Shown: positions 17,989 through 27,339, counted from the stretch's first letter. The stretch: DNA of 64,000 nt from Patescibacteria group bacterium (GCA_041389145.1 JAWKSK010000001.1:91668-155667), one strand, 5' to 3'. Notes: generated from the letters alone by a model not told the origin. Program-made: numbers and translations.

Positions 17989-18290
17989 TTATTCACTTTG
18001 TAGCAAAGTCCCTATTTTATTGAGATTGTCTTCTGGAAAATATTGGTTTGCCTTACCAATTAACTCAATATTGTTTATTCTTGCGCCTTGAACTTCTTCC
18101 ATTGCTTCTCCCCGGCTTCATTGCTTCAATAAAATCTTCGCTTTCTACTTTTCACGGCACAGATGCAGATCGTTATCTACTCTGGCAAACCAAAATATTT
18201 CCTTGATCGTTATAGATAACTAAATAGACTTCAATTCATGTTCAGAACTTGCTGGTGGATTCCCTCCAAATTGTGATGGTTTTCATTCAT
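17989..18290 (-). pseudogene. Decayed copy of the Nudix gene at 20135..20383
   Basis: Aligns base for base with 20135-20390 (atgaatgaaaaccatcacaatttggaggg vs atggatgaaaaccatctacaatttggaggg). There is a 1-nt deletion after codon 5 and premature stops. It retains a C-terminal tail (IELIGKANQYFPEDNLNKIGTLLQSE) that the other copy lacks. Confidence 0.7.
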
Positions 18291-18340
18291 AAATTCATTA
18301 TCTCATAAAAAATACTCGATCCTGTGGCGAGTAAATTTGC

Positions 18341-18367
18341 GGCAGGCGGTCGTGGGGGAAGTTCGGA
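18341..18367 (-). repeat. 28-nt tRNA-3'-half-like element, copy C
   Basis: Minus strand reads tccgaacttcccccacgaccgcctgcc. It sits exactly where the tRNA-Trp T-arm/acceptor 3' half sits in the paralogous segment at 20434-20465. A copy of the terminator follows at 18314-18332. Confidence 0.6.
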
Positions 18368-19277
18368 AAATTAAATTAGGTTTTGCCTAATATATGTCTG
18401 GATCATTTGAGGCTTCCAGACTGTTCCAAGATTTGAAATTCTCTAATATTTCGTCATCAGTCACTCTTACCTGAATAGATACCCAAAATCTCTCCTTGTG
18501 CCGTGAACCTACTGCTAATCCTGAGATGTTGAAGCAAATCCTCTCGTTTTTATAGTAACAGGAGACCCAGACATACCTGGTTTACGAAGCATCAATATGA
18601 ATATTGGCTTGTTATCAAAATTGAGATCAATTTCAGATGCTATATGCCCAGTTTCTCTCCATATCGGAAATTTGCCTGCAGATGACTTGCCAAAGGAATC
18701 CTATAATGGATACTGGATCAGAAGGAAAACTGATATGTCATTTTTGATGATATATCCAAATTACGTAGCTCTACATCCTGATCAATCTGATCTCTAAGAT
18801 AACATCTACTTTTTCACCGTTTATCTTCTTTCCAAAGCCCATTATCATCAGAATCTACCAGAGGGTAATCTTGGAAGCCAACTACCGAGAGTCTCTTTTT
18901 ATGGTGCCTTTTGTTAGGGATTGCTCCCTTCTTTAAAGCAAGAGTCTTTAGGGTTTGGGGGTCCCGTCCAGAAACAACGTGCCAATTAGAAGGGTTAAGC
19001 ACACTTTGTCGCTATCCTCTATTGTGAAACCTGTAGCTGAAGAAAGGTATTGGTCTTCAAAAATAGCTCAAGATGTAAGGATGTCGTTGTGGACGAATTC
19101 CATTTGACCCATTTTTTGCTTAAATTTTATCCTGACTAAACATATTATTCAGGAACCTCTAAGCACTGAGGGTCTTAGTCCAGCCACTAAGCTCTGTTTA
19201 GATGTCCCCTTAACATAACTAGAAGTTTTGCTCCCGTACTTTCAGATAACAGGATTGCGCTCTAGGGAACGTTAGGA

Positions 19278-19659
19278 TCATTGTCTCCATGGATGACTGA
19301 GATATTGGGTATACGGGATGCGATCAAGGAAAATCAAATGGTACATCCAGGAATATATCTTACAATCTTTTGCCAACTGGTTTAATTGGTCCTGAAACAA
19401 GGATAATCCCTTTAACTGGGTGATTTTCAGTAGTTGTTCAATGAATCTTAGGATAGCTGGGACTCCCAAACCATGGCCTATCAGATAAATTCTCGTCCTC
19501 AATTCCTTGTTTGATCTTGCCTATCAATTTCATGAATCCACTCGGCAACCTGGGGACTTGGTCTGATTTGGCATTGGCAAAGCACAGGTATATATGTCCT
19601 GTTTTTAATTTCCCATTAACCACGGTCTCCAACCTCCATTGACCACTCCTGGAATCCAT
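19278..19659 (-). pseudogene. Frameshifted alpha/beta-hydrolase remnant (YdeN/RBBP9-like serine hydrolase)
   Basis: Two overlapping ORFs in different frames (19438..19659 and 19278..19502). The nucleophile elbow reads IGHGLG (Gly where Ser is expected). The C-terminal part is not in frame. Confidence 0.45.
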
Positions 19660-20134
19660 GAATTAAGAATACTTTTTCTATAGACTTATTTAACACTTAC
19701 CTCTGGAGTATTTTTCTCAACAACACCATAGTCACAAAAGCACCGTTCGCGATAACCAAAGAGGCTGGATATAGCACAGTGGTCAAATTGAATACCTCGG
19801 GAGAGCCATAATTCCCAATATAAACTTGATAGCAATAGAGCAAATGCTGGTACATCTTCGGTTTCAGGGTTGGAAGTAAGCTTTTCTGAACGCTGGCACG
19901 AAGCAATGACATCGATAACAGTAATCATAACCACAGACCAGATTGGATTACTCGTAAGGTACCAAGGTGGGGATGGCCAGCAAGGAAGCGACAAAGAACC
20001 ACCAGTCTTGGCAAATGAGCTGTGGGAATAGCCCTGCCAACAGCTACGAAAATAAAGCTGGCTAGGGCCGTAAGACCTGTTACCCAGGCCCCAGCACCAC
20101 CTCCCTGACACCTGAGCAAAGAAAGCAATGGCGG

Positions 20135-20383
20135 TCAATATACCCTAAGTGAGCCTAACTCAATGTTGTCTATTCTTGCGCCCGCTTCTTCCATTGCTTC
20201 CCGATTCATGGCTTCAATATGATCTTCGCCTTCTTCTACTCTTCCACCTAACAGATGCAGCTCATTATCTACTTCGCAAACCAAAATATTTCCTTGATCG
20301 TTATAGATAACTACATAGACTCCAACTCTTTGCTCAGAACTTGCTGGTGGATTCCCTCCAAATTGTAGATGGTTTTCATCCAT
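20135..20383 (-). CDS. Nudix hydrolase, 3'-truncated (82 aa)
   Basis: Intact Nudix box GGRVEEGEDHIEAMNREAMEEAG. The ORF stops at ...IELGSLRVY, about 50-60 aa short of a normal Nudix fold. Confidence 0.6.
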   Translation of the reverse strand: MDENHLQFGGNPPASSEQRVGVYVVIYNDQGNILVCEVDNELHLLGGRVEEGEDHIEAMNREAMEEAGARIDNIELGSLRVY

Positions 20384-20399
20384 AAATTCATTATCTCAT

Positions 20400-20425
20400 A
20401 AAAAATACTCGCTCCTGTGGCGAGT
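20400..20425 (-). terminator. Rho-independent terminator after tRNA-Trp
   Basis: Stem actcgc/gcgagt (20407-20412 / 20420-20425), followed on the minus strand by attttttat. Confidence 0.6.
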
Positions 20426-20433
20426 AAATTTGG

Positions 20434-20507
20434 TGGCAGGGGTAGGAGGAATCGAACCCCCGCCTTCGGTTTTGGAGACCGACGAGCTACCACTACACTA
20501 TACCCCT
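20434..20507 (-). tRNA. trnW: tRNA-Trp (anticodon CCA), CCA end encoded
   Basis: Minus strand reads AGGGGTATAGTGTAGTGGTAGCTCGTCGGTCTCCAAAACCGAAGGCGGGGGTTCGATTCCTCCTACCCCTGCCA. Acceptor stem is AGGGGTA/TACCCCT, anticodon stem TCGGT/ACCGA, loop CTCCAAA. Confidence 0.9.
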
Positions 20508-20523
20508 TTGTTTTAACAGAATG

Positions 20524-20558
20524 ATTATAGCATAATTCCCGCTATGGATGCGGGAATT
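20524..20558 (-). terminator. Hairpin after rpmG (20534-20558), immediately followed by a TATAAT box (20524-20529) upstream of tRNA-Trp
   Basis: 9-bp stem aattcccgc/gcgggaatt. Minus strand then reads atgctataatcattctgttaaaacaaAGGGG. Confidence 0.5.
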
Positions 20559-20576
20559 ATCTATATTTATTGAGCT

Positions 20577-20759
20577 TTACTTAGTCTCCTTGAAAGGATG
20601 ACGAGCTCTACATTTTGGACAGTATTTGGATAAGGTTAAACGGTCAGGAGTATTGGTTGGGTTCTTGCGAGTGTTTACCCGGTAATCCTTACAGTTTTCG
20701 CACATCATCTTGATGATTGGGCGCTTTTCCTTTTTTGCTACTTTAGGTTTGATAGCCAT
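20577..20759 (-). CDS. rpmG: 50S ribosomal protein L33
   Basis: 60 aa with the zinc-ribbon form CENC...CPKC. Ends ...KYCPKCRARHPFKETK. Confidence 0.9.
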   Translation of the reverse strand: MAIKPKVAKKEKRPIIKMMCENCKDYRVNTRKNPTNTPDRLTLSKYCPKCRARHPFKETK

Positions 20760-20783
20760 GACAGTTTCTTAAATATCTGGAAA

Positions 20784-21566
20784 TTATACTTTGGTAACTT
20801 GAAGGAAATCAAGTTCGACTGGGGTTTCACGACCGAAGATTGAAACCAAGACCTTAATCTTACCGCGTTCGGCATCTACTTCAGAGATGGTACCATCGTA
20901 GTTCTTGAATGGACCATCCTTGATGTGAACTAGATCGCCAACGTTTAAGTCGATGTTATACTTTGGTTCTTCGATCTCCATTCTCTTGAGGATGGATTTA
21001 ATCTCAGATTCATCCACAGGAACTGGATCAGTATCGGTACCAATGAAACCAGTTACGTTTGGAGTGTTACGAACCACGAACCATGAGTCGTGAGTTACAT
21101 CCATGTTTACCATGACGTAACCTGGGAACATCTTCTTTTCGACAATCTTTCTTTTACCAGCTTTGATTTCAATCTGGTTTTCTTTTGGAACCATGACATC
21201 AAAGATCTTGTCTTGCATGTCGAGGGATTCAATACGCTGCTTTAAAGCTTCTGCAACAGCATCTTCGTATCCAGAGTAGGTATGAAGCACATACCACTTG
21301 CCAGGCCACTTAGAAGCAGTCTGAGGATGCAAGATGGCTTCCATATCATCGTCATCGGATGCAGGAGCTTCTTCTTCGATACCAGTTTCCTCTTCTACCG
21401 GTGCTGGGGTGTCTTCTGGAGCTTCGTTGGTATCGGATTCTGCAGGTGTTTCAACGGTAAGATCGTCAGCTTCTACTTCAGCTTCGATAGCATCAGCAGA
21501 AGTCTCCTCTACTTGAGGAGTTTCTTCCATGTTTTCTTCTGGTTGAATATTCTGTTCGTCTGACAC
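20784..21566 (-). CDS. nusG: Transcription termination/antitermination factor NusG with a ~85-aa acidic N-terminal extension
   Basis: 260 aa. NGN domain: [26 protein letters not shown] domain: [23 protein letters not shown]. The N-terminus is rich in E/D/P/T. Confidence 0.92.
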   Translation of the reverse strand: MSDEQNIQPEENMEETPQVEETSADAIEAEVEADDLTVETPAESDTNEAPEDTPAPVEEETGIEEEAPASDDDDMEAILHPQTASKWPGKWYVLHTYSGYEDAVAEALKQRIESLDMQDKIFDVMVPKENQIEIKAGKRKIVEKKMFPGYVMVNMDVTHDSWFVVRNTPNVTGFIGTDTDPVPVDESEIKSILKRMEIEEPKYNIDLNVGDLVHIKDGPFKNYDGTISEVDAERGKIKVLVSIFGRETPVELDFLQVTKV

Positions 21567-21574
21567 TTTTAAAA

Positions 21575-21868
21575 TTAGTTAGCTGGTGTGGTTTCTACGT
21601 TAACGTCACCAAGATTAATCTCAGGGATATCCCCATTTACTGGAATCTGAGTGGATGGTACCTGAATTTGATTTTGGACACCAAGGCCACTTATCCATTT
21701 AACACTTTCTGTGAGGATAAAGTCTACCCCTGCGATGTAAAGGGCGAAGATTAAAGAGACACCAAGTACGGTCAGAGTGAGGTTAATTGCCTGTTGGCGA
21801 GTTGGCCAAGTGACTTTGATTAACTCAGTGCGAGCCTCTGAGATGAATTTAATAATTCCTTTAAACAT
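21575..21868 (-). CDS. secE: Preprotein translocase subunit SecE (with C-terminal extension)
   Basis: 97 aa. Reads [45 protein letters not shown] and sits immediately upstream of nusG. Confidence 0.85.
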   Translation of the reverse strand: MFKGIIKFISEARTELIKVTWPTRQQAINLTLTVLGVSLIFALYIAGVDFILTESVKWISGLGVQNQIQVPSTQIPVNGDIPEINLGDVNVETTPAN

Positions 21869-21886
21869 ACTAAGAGAGGAGTAAGA

Positions 21887-22297
21887 TTAACGCTTGGAGA
21901 ACTGTGGAGCACGACGAGCACCATGGAGACCTGGCTTCTTACGTTCCTTCATACGGGCATCACGTGTAAGGTAACCAGTTTTCTTCAAGGTAGTTTTGAG
22001 GTTGTTATCAAAAGCAACAAGAGCACGAGCAACACCGTGACGGACTGCATCGGCTTGAGCAACGATACCACCACCACGAACGAGGACGGAGATATCAAAA
22101 TCTTTATCCATACCTACAGCCTTAAGAGGCTCCATGACTTTGTCCATTAAGAAGGATGGGTTGAAGTAGCGTTCACCTTCTTGGCGATTCACCATTACCT
22201 TTTTTCCATCACCTTTGTAGAGGCGTACCTGAGCAGTAGCCGTCTTGCGACGCCCGACTCCATAATAATACTGTCCTGTGAAATTAATGTCTGCCAT
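21887..22297 (-). CDS. rpsI: 30S ribosomal protein S9
   Basis: 136 aa. Contains GVGRRKTATAQVRL and ends GARRAPQFSKR. Confidence 0.95.
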   Translation of the reverse strand: MADINFTGQYYYGVGRRKTATAQVRLYKGDGKKVMVNRQEGERYFNPSFLMDKVMEPLKAVGMDKDFDISVLVRGGGIVAQADAVRHGVARALVAFDNNLKTTLKKTGYLTRDARMKERKKPGLHGARRAPQFSKR

Positions 22298-22300
22298 AGC

Positions 22301-22753
22301 TTAGATTTTTACCTCAACTGGTGATTGTCCGGCATGTGGATGATCGGAACCTACATAGAGGCGAAGACGTTCCATCATTACGGGACGAAGTTTATTTTTA
22401 GGAAGCATACCGTAGACTGCCTTTTCCAATACGGTTTCTGGCTGTTTGCCTTCGAAAATACGTTCTGGGGTAGTCTCCTTCAAGCTTCCTAGGTAACCAG
22501 TATGCTTGTAATACTTTTTATCAGTAGTCTTGTTACCAGTAAATTTAACCTTTTCTGAGTTGATAACAATAACGTTTGTCTTGGAATCAACGGCTGGGTT
22601 GTAGCTAGCCAAATCCTTACCCATGAGCATGACTGCGATCTTGGTGGCAAGGCGACCAACTACCTGATTGTTTGCATCCACAAGCAACCACCGCTCAGCG
22701 AGCTGGTGTGATGGCATGTGTGCCGTTTGCTTTGTGACGTTTCTTGATACCAT
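22301..22753 (-). CDS. rplM: 50S ribosomal protein L13
   Basis: Contains WLLVDANNQVVGRLATKIA...YYKHTGYLGSLKE. I place the start at the Met at 22753, just after the rplQ stop at 22758, rather than at the longest-ORF start at 22834. Confidence 0.92.
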   Translation of the reverse strand: MVSRNVTKQTAHMPSHQLAERWLLVDANNQVVGRLATKIAVMLMGKDLASYNPAVDSKTNVIVINSEKVKFTGNKTTDKKYYKHTGYLGSLKETTPERIFEGKQPETVLEKAVYGMLPKNKLRPVMMERLRLYVGSDHPHAGQSPVEVKI

Positions 22754-22757
22754 GACT

Positions 22758-23111
22758 TTATACAAATTCGATAATAGCGACTTCGGCAGCGTCTCCTGGA
22801 CGGTAGCCTTTTTTAATGATTCGGACATAACCACCTACTCTTTCGGAGTATTTAGGAGCGATTTCATTAATGAGCTTCTTTACGACAATTTGTTTGTTGT
22901 AAAGTTCAGCCATCAATGCACGCTTTGCGGAAAGGTCACCCTTTTTAGCAATAGTGATTAGTCTTTCAATCTGGGGACGGATGGTCTTAGCCTTAGGCAA
23001 GGTAGTTTCAATTCTTTCGTGAAGGATTAAGTTGGTAAGCAAACCACGTGTCAGAGCTGTTCTCTGGCGCTTTACCCTACCAAGTTTTCTACCTTGTACT
23101 AAGTGACGCAT
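22758..23111 (-). CDS. rplQ: 50S ribosomal protein L17
   Basis: 117 aa. Begins MRHLVQGRKLGRVKRQRTALTRGLLTNLILHERIETT. Confidence 0.95.
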   Translation of the reverse strand: MRHLVQGRKLGRVKRQRTALTRGLLTNLILHERIETTLPKAKTIRPQIERLITIAKKGDLSAKRALMAELYNKQIVVKKLINEIAPKYSERVGGYVRIIKKGYRPGDAAEVAIIEFV

Positions 23112-23116
23112 GATAT

Positions 23117-24064
23117 TTAATTATTTTCTTCGAACTTAAGACCTAATTCTTCTAACTTTTCAGTTAATTCATCTAAGGCTTTAGCACCGAGACCCTTCAT
23201 TTCGGAAAGCTTGTCTGGTCCAACGGCAAGAATATCGGAGACGGTTTCAAGGCCGTTGTTGTGCAAAGCGTTAGTGGTTCTAATAGATAAGTTGATTTCA
23301 TCTACGGTGTAGTCGCGCTGGGTGTCTTCTTCAGTCTTGCTTTCAGCAACGATCTGGGTCATATCCTTGATTTCTGCACCAAAGACTGACAATTGGTTAG
23401 CTAAGATCTGAGCAGACTCACGAAGAGCAGTTTCAGGATCAATAGTACCGTCGGTGAGAACATCGATGGTTAGCTTGTCGTAGTTAATCATTTCACCAAC
23501 ACGAGTAGGTTCTACAGTGTAGGCTACACGCTGGACTGGTGAGAAGGAAGCATCGACAGCAATGGTACCGATGGAGAAGTTTTCTTCATCGATTTCCTCG
23601 GTGGTCTTGTAACCACGGCCAGGAGCAACGATGATATCCATTTCGAAACCATCTTTTCCAGACAAGGTACCAAGTACCAAATCTTCGTTGATGAGTTCAA
23701 CACCAGCTGGAAGCTCGATATCCTTACCAGTGACTTCACCAGCCTTAGTAGCTTTGAGCTTTAAGGTTACCGTTTGTTCACCGGTTAAACGGAAGCGAAG
23801 CTTTTTCGCCTGCAAGATAACCTGAACGGCATCTTCTTTAAGGCCATTAATTGGAGAGAACTCATGGTCCACTCCGGCAATCTTTACGCCAATTACGGCT
23901 GCACCTGGTAATGAACCAAGCAATACACGTCTTAAGGCATTACCAACGGTAGTACCATAGCCTGGATAGCAAGGCTCGACGACGAAGACGGTGCGGTTGT
24001 CAGCACGTTCTTCGATTTTAACTGTAGGTAGGTTGATGTCTCCGATCATAATATTTTTCCCCAC
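23117..24064 (-). CDS. rpoA: DNA-directed RNA polymerase subunit alpha
   Basis: 315 aa. Contains GYGTTVGNALRRVLLGSLPGAAV and the C-terminal domain NLSIRTTNALHNNGLETVSDI. Confidence 0.95.
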   Translation of the reverse strand: MGKNIMIGDINLPTVKIEERADNRTVFVVEPCYPGYGTTVGNALRRVLLGSLPGAAVIGVKIAGVDHEFSPINGLKEDAVQVILQAKKLRFRLTGEQTVTLKLKATKAGEVTGKDIELPAGVELINEDLVLGTLSGKDGFEMDIIVAPGRGYKTTEEIDEENFSIGTIAVDASFSPVQRVAYTVEPTRVGEMINYDKLTIDVLTDGTIDPETALRESAQILANQLSVFGAEIKDMTQIVAESKTEEDTQRDYTVDEINLSIRTTNALHNNGLETVSDILAVGPDKLSEMKGLGAKALDELTEKLEELGLKFEENN

Positions 24065-24067
24065 TTA

Positions 24068-24694
24068 TTATTTTGAGTAGAACTCAACGATTAATTTTTC
24101 ATTAAATGGAACTAAGATTTCTTCACGGGTTGGCAAGCTGGTGACTTGGGCAGATAACTTAGCGTTATCAACAGCAATCCAGCTAACTGGCTTTTCAGAA
24201 GCAGCTACTTCAGCAATTTTTTCCTTTAATGCAGCACGCTTACCGGTGAATTCAATTTTGTCCCCTGGCTTTATAGTAATAGAAGGAACGTCAGCACGGC
24301 GGCCGTTAACTGTGAAGTGACCGTGGGATACCAACTGACGAGCAGCTGGGTGAGAGTTAGCAAAGCCAGCTCTGTAAACCACGTTGTCCAAACGACGTTC
24401 TAATCCAACAAGCAAGGCCAAGTCAGTAGATTCTGGGCGGCTAGTTGCCTGCTGGTAATACTTGACCAACTGCTTTTCAGTTAAGTGGTAGAAGACGCGT
24501 GCCTTCTGCTTTTCTTGAAGCTGTTGACCGTAACCAGTCATCTTTTTAAAGGTTTTCTTCTTGCCATGCATACCAGGAGCTTGCTTGCGGTGAAGCTTAA
24601 CAAACTTTGCAGCCAAAGAGCGGTCACCCTGCATTGCGAATTCTTCGCCTAGGGCTCTTACCTTTCTCATTTTTGGTCCGGTATAACGTGACAT
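24068..24694 (-). CDS. rpsD: 30S ribosomal protein S4
   Basis: 208 aa. Begins MSRYTGPKMRKVRALGEEF and has the S4 domain RLDNVVYRAGFANSHPAARQLVSHGHFTVNG. Confidence 0.95.
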   Translation of the reverse strand: MSRYTGPKMRKVRALGEEFAMQGDRSLAAKFVKLHRKQAPGMHGKKKTFKKMTGYGQQLQEKQKARVFYHLTEKQLVKYYQQATSRPESTDLALLVGLERRLDNVVYRAGFANSHPAARQLVSHGHFTVNGRRADVPSITIKPGDKIEFTGKRAALKEKIAEVAASEKPVSWIAVDNAKLSAQVTSLPTREEILVPFNEKLIVEFYSK

Positions 24695-24716
24695 ATGAAT
24701 TTCTTAATATTTAATC

Positions 24717-25181
24717 TTATACGCGTCTTGCTTTACGGGCGCGTGGTCCGTTGTGTGGGACTGGGGTTACATCTTTAATGGCAACCACATCAATACCAGC
24801 AGAGGCAACAGAACGAATAGCTGAGTCGCGACCAGTTCCAACACCCTTTACAAAGATTTCTGCTTTAGCCAGACCCATACCGGTTGCCTTAGCAACTGCG
24901 GTGTTGGCGGCTTTGGAGGCAGCAAAGGAAGTGGACTTTTTGGAACCCTTGAATCCTTCACGACCAGCAGAACCAGTAGCGATCACGGCACCGTTAGTAT
25001 CGGTGATGGTAACGATGGTGTTGTTAAAGGTGGACTGAATGTAGACTTTACCTTCGGTAACTGTCCGCTTGACCTTCTTTTTCTTGATCTTCTGGGCAGC
25101 TTTGGAATTGTAAGCCTGGCGCTTAGCTTCTGCTTTGCGTCCCTTCTCAACCTTCTTCTGTAATCTCTTCTTTCTACTCAT
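24717..25181 (-). CDS. rpsK: 30S ribosomal protein S11 (Lys-rich N-terminal extension)
   Basis: 154 aa. Contains [30 protein letters not shown]...[13 protein letters not shown]. Confidence 0.95.
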   Translation of the reverse strand: MSRKKRLQKKVEKGRKAEAKRQAYNSKAAQKIKKKKVKRTVTEGKVYIQSTFNNTIVTITDTNGAVIATGSAGREGFKGSKKSTSFAASKAANTAVAKATGMGLAKAEIFVKGVGTGRDSAIRSVASAGIDVVAIKDVTPVPHNGPRARKARRV

Positions 25182-25190
25182 TAATTTAGA

Positions 25191-25580
25191 TTAAGTCTTG
25201 TCAGCTGCCTTCTTCTTACCGCTTCCCATAGTAACCTTCTTACCACGCTTAGTACGGGCATTGTTCTTGGTACGTTGGCCGCGAGCTGGAAGCTTTTGGG
25301 CATGGCGAGAACCACGGTAGCTGTTAATGTCACGAAGACGCTTGATGTTCATCGCGAGATCACGACGCAAGTCACCTTCGACGAGCATTTCTTTTTCAAT
25401 AGTCATACGAAGGCGAGTTTGCTCATCTTCGGTTAACTCAGAAACCTTCTTAGTAGGTTCGATATTAGCTTTTTCTAAGACTTCAAGGTTGTTGGTACGA
25501 CCGATACCGTAAATAGCGGTAATGGCCATTTTTACCTTCTTGTCATCATTCAAGTTAATACCAGCGATACGTAATACCAT
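25191..25580 (-). CDS. rpsM: 30S ribosomal protein S13
   Basis: 129 aa. Contains RIAGINLNDDKKVKMAITAIYGIGRTN. Confidence 0.95.
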   Translation of the reverse strand: MVLRIAGINLNDDKKVKMAITAIYGIGRTNNLEVLEKANIEPTKKVSELTEDEQTRLRMTIEKEMLVEGDLRRDLAMNIKRLRDINSYRGSRHAQKLPARGQRTKNNARTKRGKKVTMGSGKKKAADKT

Positions 25581-25582
25581 AA

Positions 25583-25699
25583 TTAGCCTTGTCTTTGCTT
25601 GTTACGAGGTTTGCGTTTGTTGATAACCATCACTCTACCACGACGGCGAATGATGATATCCCCTTTATCACGCTTTTTGACTGATGCTCCTACTTTCAT
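25583..25699 (-). CDS. rpmJ: 50S ribosomal protein L36 (Cys-less form); below the ORF-track size cutoff
   Basis: Hand translation from the ATG at 25699 gives [38 protein letters not shown], with stop TAA at 25583-25585. It lies between infA and rpsM as expected. Confidence 0.85.
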   Translation of the reverse strand: MKVGASVKKRDKGDIIIRRRGRVMVINKRKPRNKQRQG

Positions 25700-25703
25700 A
25701 TGA

Positions 25704-25946
25704 TTATTGGTCTGAAGGTCTCTTATTAGTTGGATAGCGATATACAATACGTCCTTTTTCGACGTCGTATGGGCTCATCTCTACTTTGACTTTATCCCCT
25801 GGCAGAATCTTAATGTAATGCATGCGCATTTTGCCAGAGATGTGAGCCAAAATAACATGGCCACCCTCTAGAGAGATACGAAATGTAGTATTTGGCAACG
25901 CCTCTACTACTGTACCGTCTAATTCGATAACCTGTTTATCAGACAT
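25704..25946 (-). CDS. infA: Translation initiation factor IF-1
   Basis: 80 aa. Contains [55 protein letters not shown]. Confidence 0.95.
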   Translation of the reverse strand: MSDKQVIELDGTVVEALPNTTFRISLEGGHVILAHISGKMRMHYIKILPGDKVKVEMSPYDVEKGRIVYRYPTNKRPSDQ

Positions 25947-25987
25947 AAAAAATTACTTTGGTATTATTCTACGTTTTTCAGATATAG

Positions 25988-26761
25988 TCAAGAGATTTTT
26001 AGCTTTTGGACTAAAGAATCTATAGGGGTGATGATTTCGGGGCCATCTACACCTATAAGGACGGTCATTTCATAGTGGGCAGCAGGCATTTTATCCACTG
26101 TAGTGGCGGTCCAACCGTCGTCAGAATAGAGTACAGCACTACTTCCCAGGCCAGCAATAGGTTCAATCGCAATGGCCATATTTTCCTGTAATACGGGACT
26201 AGATTCAAAACCAGTTACGAAGTTTGGAATAATCAGACCTTCGTGGAGCTGGGTACCGATTTGGTGACCAGTAAAGTCTTTAAAAATGGTGAGGTTGTAG
26301 TCATTTAAGACTTGTTCAATCGCACCTGAGATGTGATCTACGGTATTACCAGCTTTTGCCTGTGCGACACCGGCTAGTAAGGATTGGTAGGTTCCAGCTA
26401 GTAAGTGCATGGTTTTTGGGTCAACATTGCCAATTGGTACGGTAATTGCTGAGTCGGTATGAATACCTTCATAGATAAGGCCCATATCAATAGTGATAAC
26501 ATCCCCATCTTTTAGGACGTAGTCGGTAGGAATGCAGTGAACAATTCCATCGTTTACGGACAAGCAACTAGCAGCAGGGTAACCTTGGTAACCCATGAAG
26601 GATGCTTTACCACCAACAGCTTCGGCTTCTTGCTTAGCAATGGCTTCTAGTTCAAGCAAATTAACACCCGGACGAGCGAGGTCAACTAAAGTGGAGAGAA
26701 TCTGAACCAGTTTCTCTCCCCCGATACGCATAGATGTTATTTGGTCTGGGCTAAGTGCCAT
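25988..26761 (-). CDS. map: Type I methionine aminopeptidase
   Basis: 257 aa. Metal ligands lie in the contexts DGDVITIDMG, FTGHQIG, AIAIEP and YEMTV. It sits after adk in the spc cluster. Confidence 0.9.
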   Translation of the reverse strand: MALSPDQITSMRIGGEKLVQILSTLVDLARPGVNLLELEAIAKQEAEAVGGKASFMGYQGYPAASCLSVNDGIVHCIPTDYVLKDGDVITIDMGLIYEGIHTDSAITVPIGNVDPKTMHLLAGTYQSLLAGVAQAKAGNTVDHISGAIEQVLNDYNLTIFKDFTGHQIGTQLHEGLIIPNFVTGFESSPVLQENMAIAIEPIAGLGSSAVLYSDDGWTATTVDKMPAAHYEMTVLIGVDGPEIITPIDSLVQKLKIS

Positions 26762-27339
26762 TTGTCTAATTCCTTTAAGATTGCTTTGTGAATTTGTTTA
26801 ATCGTGAGCTTACCATCGATAGTGATAAGACGGTCTTGGTCTTTGTAGTATCCAAGAATGGTTTTGGATTCAGTTTTAAATAGGTTTACTCGGTTGGCAA
26901 TTGCAACTGGATCTAAATCATCCTTACGGTTATCTTTCTTGGCGCGTTGGATGAGGCGGACTTTGGCCACAGCAATTGGGAGTTTAAGGTAAACTGCCAC
27001 TGCTTTACGTCCCTGAGATTTTAGGACATCGTCTAACCACATTGCCTCGCCAGGATCTCGGGTAGCACCATCTAGGATGATGGGCTTGGAGGCTGGGATT
27101 TCTTCGACCCACTGCTTAGCTAGCGCTTTCATTTGGCTGTGAGGAATGAGGTTGCCTTTATCTATGGCTTTGGCAATCTTTTTGCCAACTGGATTGTCTT
27201 GTTTAGAAAGGGCCCGTAGTCGTTTACCAACATGGATGGCGACTCCGTTTAAGGATTCGGCTAAAAGTTCTGCTTGAGTGGATTTCCCGCTACCGGGACC
27301 CCCATAGAGAATGATGTCATACCGTTTAGACGGCATCAT
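26737..27339 (-). CDS. adk: Adenylate kinase
   Basis: 200 aa with P-loop ILYGGPGSGKSTQAELLAE. It sits between secY and map. Confidence 0.85.
   Translation of the reverse strand: MMPSKRYDIILYGGPGSGKSTQAELLAESLNGVAIHVGKRLRALSKQDNPVGKKIAKAIDKGNLIPHSQMKALAKQWVEEIPASKPIILDGATRDPGEAMWLDDVLKSQGRKAVAVYLKLPIAVAKVRLIQRAKKDNRKDDLDPVAIANRVNLFKTESKTILGYYKDQDRLITIDGKLTIKQIHKAILKELDKWHLAQTK

Noticed and set aside
19686-20138. 150-aa ORF and two nested ORFs (19697..19912, 19925..20128) downstream of the truncated Nudix gene
   Set aside because: All three frames are open over the same DNA. The longest product is Trp/Cys/Ser-rich and unlike any family. The alternative frames show only fragments of TM-like sequence. 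I treat the region as decayed or unassignable rather than annotate a CDS.
22754-22834. N-terminal 27-codon extension of rplM (longest ORF) overlapping rplQ
   Set aside because: The extension overlaps the end of rplQ by 77 nt and has no counterpart in L13 proteins. The Met at 22753 lies immediately after the rplQ stop and gives a normal-length L13.
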